IMG/VR virus record: IMGVR_UViG_3300046786_000243
Location: 1-26,240 of that record
Origin: a virus
Taxonomy: Duplodnaviria; Caudoviricetes
Direction: 5' to 3' (one strand)
Length of the DNA: 26,240 nt
Within the stretch, counting starts at the first letter, position 1, and every line of letters starts with the position of its first letter. This document shows, piece by piece, positions 24,146-26,240 of this stretch. Below the pieces are notes generated by a model. The model saw only the letters and a program-made list of their open reading frames with translations. It ran no database searches and was not told the DNA's origin. Both the position numbers and the translations under genes were made by a program.

Positions 24146-24437
24146 TGGAATGCTCCTTTAGAATAACGTTTACTCTGGCTTCTAATTTCCTATCAGCGAT
24201 AGCAGCACCATAAGCAATTTCTCTAGCGTGCTCTACATCTGTTAGATAGTTCTTAGTCATTAGGCGTTCTGCTTGAAACTGTGCTTCAGCTACCATTAAA
24301 CGTTCTTTATCAATGTCATGTTGAGCGATAGTCCAAGTGATGTAACTTGTTGCTCCCATAAGGGAAATTATAGCACCAATTTTAGCGATAGTCAACCAAT
24401 TAATTGTACCAAGTTTTGCTAGTAATAGTGGGATCAT
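24024..24437 (-). CDS. i-spanin (Rz-like)
   Basis: N-terminal TM, helical periplasmic region, late Cys (NCVID); downstream of the lysozyme. Confidence 0.8.
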   Translation of the reverse strand: MIPLLLAKLGTINWLTIAKIGAIISLMGATSYITWTIAQHDIDKERLMVAEAQFQAERLMTKNYLTDVEHAREIAYGAAIADRKLEARVNVILKEHSNAPSLPTNCVIDTNGVQSLHDAREAAITAANNSATSKSNN

Positions 24438-24439
24438 TT

Positions 24440-24691
24440 TTAGTCCTTGTTCTTAGGCGTAGCTGAAGAACCACCCCATTTCAATCCGATTAATTTTTCA
24501 GCAGTTTTATGTCCTGCTACAATAGAACCGTAAATCATCCATTGTTCACCATTAAATCCGTGTTTATAATTGTGGTAAGCAAAAAACAGGGACATCAAAA
24601 GATGCCCTGTTACGGATGCTAACTTAGTTCCTACCACTCTCCCTGTATTACGGTCTAGAATAAGACCAGAGAAGCGTTCGGTTAATGTCAT
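24440..24691 (-). CDS. Small membrane protein, holin candidate
   Basis: 83 aa, two hydrophobic segments, basic C-terminus; between endolysin and spanins. Confidence 0.55.
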   Translation of the reverse strand: MTLTERFSGLILDRNTGRVVGTKLASVTGHLLMSLFFAYHNYKHGFNGEQWMIYGSIVAGHKTAEKLIGLKWGGSSATPKNKD

Positions 24692-24693
24692 GA

Positions 24694-25116
24694 TTATTCC
24701 CCATACAAAGCAGCTTCATGTGCTCTACGTCTGGTTAGTCCCGCTAATACCTTCCCATTAGCCCTATCCCATTTAAGGAACTGTTCCTGAGCTTCTAGGT
24801 ACTCTCCAGCGTTATGTTTCTTCAACAGGGTACTACCACTAAGGGCACCTGTGCCAACGTTGTAGGCGAAGCTTACAAGGGCATCAAATTGATTCTGTGT
24901 AGGCTTCTTAACTAGCTTATCTACCTTAGCAGCAAACGCTGTCAATTCTTCTCGTAGCAACCCTTTAGCACAATGCTCTGTCATCTTATCTCCGGGCTGC
25001 ACGTCTTCTGTATGTCCATATCCAATTGTCCATACACCAGCAGGACATTTGTAAGCTTCCCCACGAAATCCTTCAAAAGCTTTTACAAGCTCTACACAGT
25101 TTTCACTAATAATCAT
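24694..25116 (-). CDS. Endolysin, GH24 (T4/P22-like) lysozyme
   Basis: FEG....Y.CPAGVWTIGYGHT, QNQFDALVSFAYNVG, STLLKK, GLTRRR..E. AAGGA RBS favours ATG 25116 (alternative 25131). Confidence 0.95.
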   Translation of the reverse strand: MIISENCVELVKAFEGFRGEAYKCPAGVWTIGYGHTEDVQPGDKMTEHCAKGLLREELTAFAAKVDKLVKKPTQNQFDALVSFAYNVGTGALSGSTLLKKHNAGEYLEAQEQFLKWDRANGKVLAGLTRRRAHEAALYGE

Positions 25117-25130
25117 TTTTAGTTCCTTCA

Positions 25131-25526
25131 TTAATCATTCTCACTCATTGGAGAAATGATAGATAATACTACCTCTGGTGGTAAGTCTTTACCTTGAACC
25201 TTAACAAGATGTACAATCAATCTTGATAGGTTAGAGATACGTTCATTCTGTTCTTTTACTTGCACTTTCAAGGATTGGATTTCAGCAGACAATGCGGCCT
25301 CTTCTTTAGCTAGTTTCTTCCAGTCATCACGTAAACGAGTATTCTCTTCACGTAAGTCTTTATTCTCTTTCTCTAGAAGATCAAGCTGATTCCCAACACT
25401 CTTATCTGCTTTATCTTCTTTTCTGTCACCATTCCAGCCACGGATAATATGACTAATACCTTTAATTAAAGTAAATAGCCCTAGTGCTCCTGTAGCAGCG
25501 TAAGCAGCAATTTCACTTCCTTGCAT
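25131..25526 (-). CDS. Single-TM coiled-coil protein of the lysis module
   Basis: N-terminal hydrophobic helix followed by a long heptad region. Confidence 0.75.
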   Translation of the reverse strand: MQGSEIAAYAATGALGLFTLIKGISHIIRGWNGDRKEDKADKSVGNQLDLLEKENKDLREENTRLRDDWKKLAKEEAALSAEIQSLKVQVKEQNERISNLSRLIVHLVKVQGKDLPPEVVLSIISPMSEND

Positions 25527-25914
25527 TCAGAAACACTCCTAATAGATTTATATTTGACCAGAATAATACAGCGTAGAATACTGCTGAGTAGATAGCTACA
25601 CCACTTGTAAATACTCCGCTTAATTGTGCTACAAATAACCATAGGAATACACAGATAGTTGCACTAAACAATCTCAGCCATCTAGAACCCTTACAGGTTG
25701 AAGATAAGGTTGTAGAGATTACTAACACAGCTAATGCTATAAAAGCATACCCTAATGTATTCATTCTGTTGCTTATACTAAAAGCTGCATCTAACATTGT
25801 TATACATGCGCTGATAGCAAATACTGTTATAAGGGAAAAAGCCCTGTCATTTACCGTGACAAGGGCTTTATAAATAGATTGTTTTATGTGTGGGGATAGA
25901 GTGAGTTTGCCCAT
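25513..25914 (-). CDS. Multi-pass (about 4 TM) membrane protein, possible holin/lysis regulator
   Basis: Four hydrophobic stretches; AAGGG RBS; upstream of the lysozyme. Confidence 0.7.
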   Translation of the reverse strand: MGKLTLSPHIKQSIYKALVTVNDRAFSLITVFAISACITMLDAAFSISNRMNTLGYAFIALAVLVISTTLSSTCKGSRWLRLFSATICVFLWLFVAQLSGVFTSGVAIYSAVFYAVLFWSNINLLGVFLNARK

Positions 25915-26240
25915 TCTACAATCCCTTTTACTTGATGTATTTTATAACTAGATGGGCTATCTAATCCTAAAGCTGCAAGACACCATTCAGAGCAGAAATC
26001 ACCCTTATCATCTGCTGTACGTCTTCCAAAGACTTGAGTCTGGAATAGGTCACGCCAACCATAAGGATGATCTTTAGTATCTACATAATGCTTTAGAATA
26101 CTTTCACCATTATTGAAGTTAATTGGTATAATATCCCAATCTTCTTCTCTAAGGTAAGTTTGTAGCTTACATCTAACTCCACCATCATGTACTGTTGAAC
26201 TATACATCCAACCATCTACGATAAGCTCACAATGAGAATA
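25884..26240 (-). CDS. Permuted papain-like (NlpC/P60, YiiX-type) amidase, 5'-truncated by window
   Basis: Frame is open from the window end: YSHCELIVDG...DGGVR...PY...FCSEW (His precedes the catalytic Cys). Confidence 0.8.
   Translation of the reverse strand, partial: YSHCELIVDGWMYSSTVHDGGVRCKLQTYLREEDWDIIPINFNNGESILKHYVDTKDHPYGWRDLFQTQVFGRRTADDKGDFCSEWCLAALGLDSPSSYKIHQVKGIVEWANSLYPHT

Noticed and set aside
25114-25131. Dual-start motif (MKELKM) on the lysozyme
   Set aside because: Dual starts regulate holins, not soluble lysozymes; the extra codons simply contain the RBS for ATG 25116.

Overview
This window is 26 kb of an AT-rich, apparently lytic dsDNA phage genome; the gene content resembles Felix O1/PAK_P1/rV5-type myoviruses (inference). 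The plus strand (1-18732) is the replication and nucleotide-metabolism arm. It carries a partial HNH-AP2 endonuclease, a family A DNA polymerase flanked by two DNA methyltransferases, tRNA-Arg(UCU), an SSB behind a structured ~200-nt leader, a 5'-3' exonuclease, an HNH nuclease, an intein-containing metallophosphoesterase, a MazG-like pyrophosphatase, nrdA split by a 259-nt ORF-less group I intron, and nrdB with an intein. The minus strand (18880-26240) is the end of the late arm. It carries a permuted papain-like amidase, a lysis cassette (membrane proteins, GH24 lysozyme, overlapping spanins), putative virion accessory proteins including a LamG-like domain on a 14-residue repeat stalk, and a captured GH39-like glycoside hydrolase. 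The most notable observations are: (1) a near-consensus sigma70 promoter written in the mutated active-site codons of a dead HNH gene directly upstream of a Dam-like methylase; (2) a pseudoknot/switch-like RNA leader before ssb; (3) three self-splicing elements within ~6 kb; (4) synonymously recoded duplicate gene ends marking allele exchange; and (5) GC-rich carbohydrate-targeting cassettes swapped in frame into late genes. All calls are by eye; no database searches were run.
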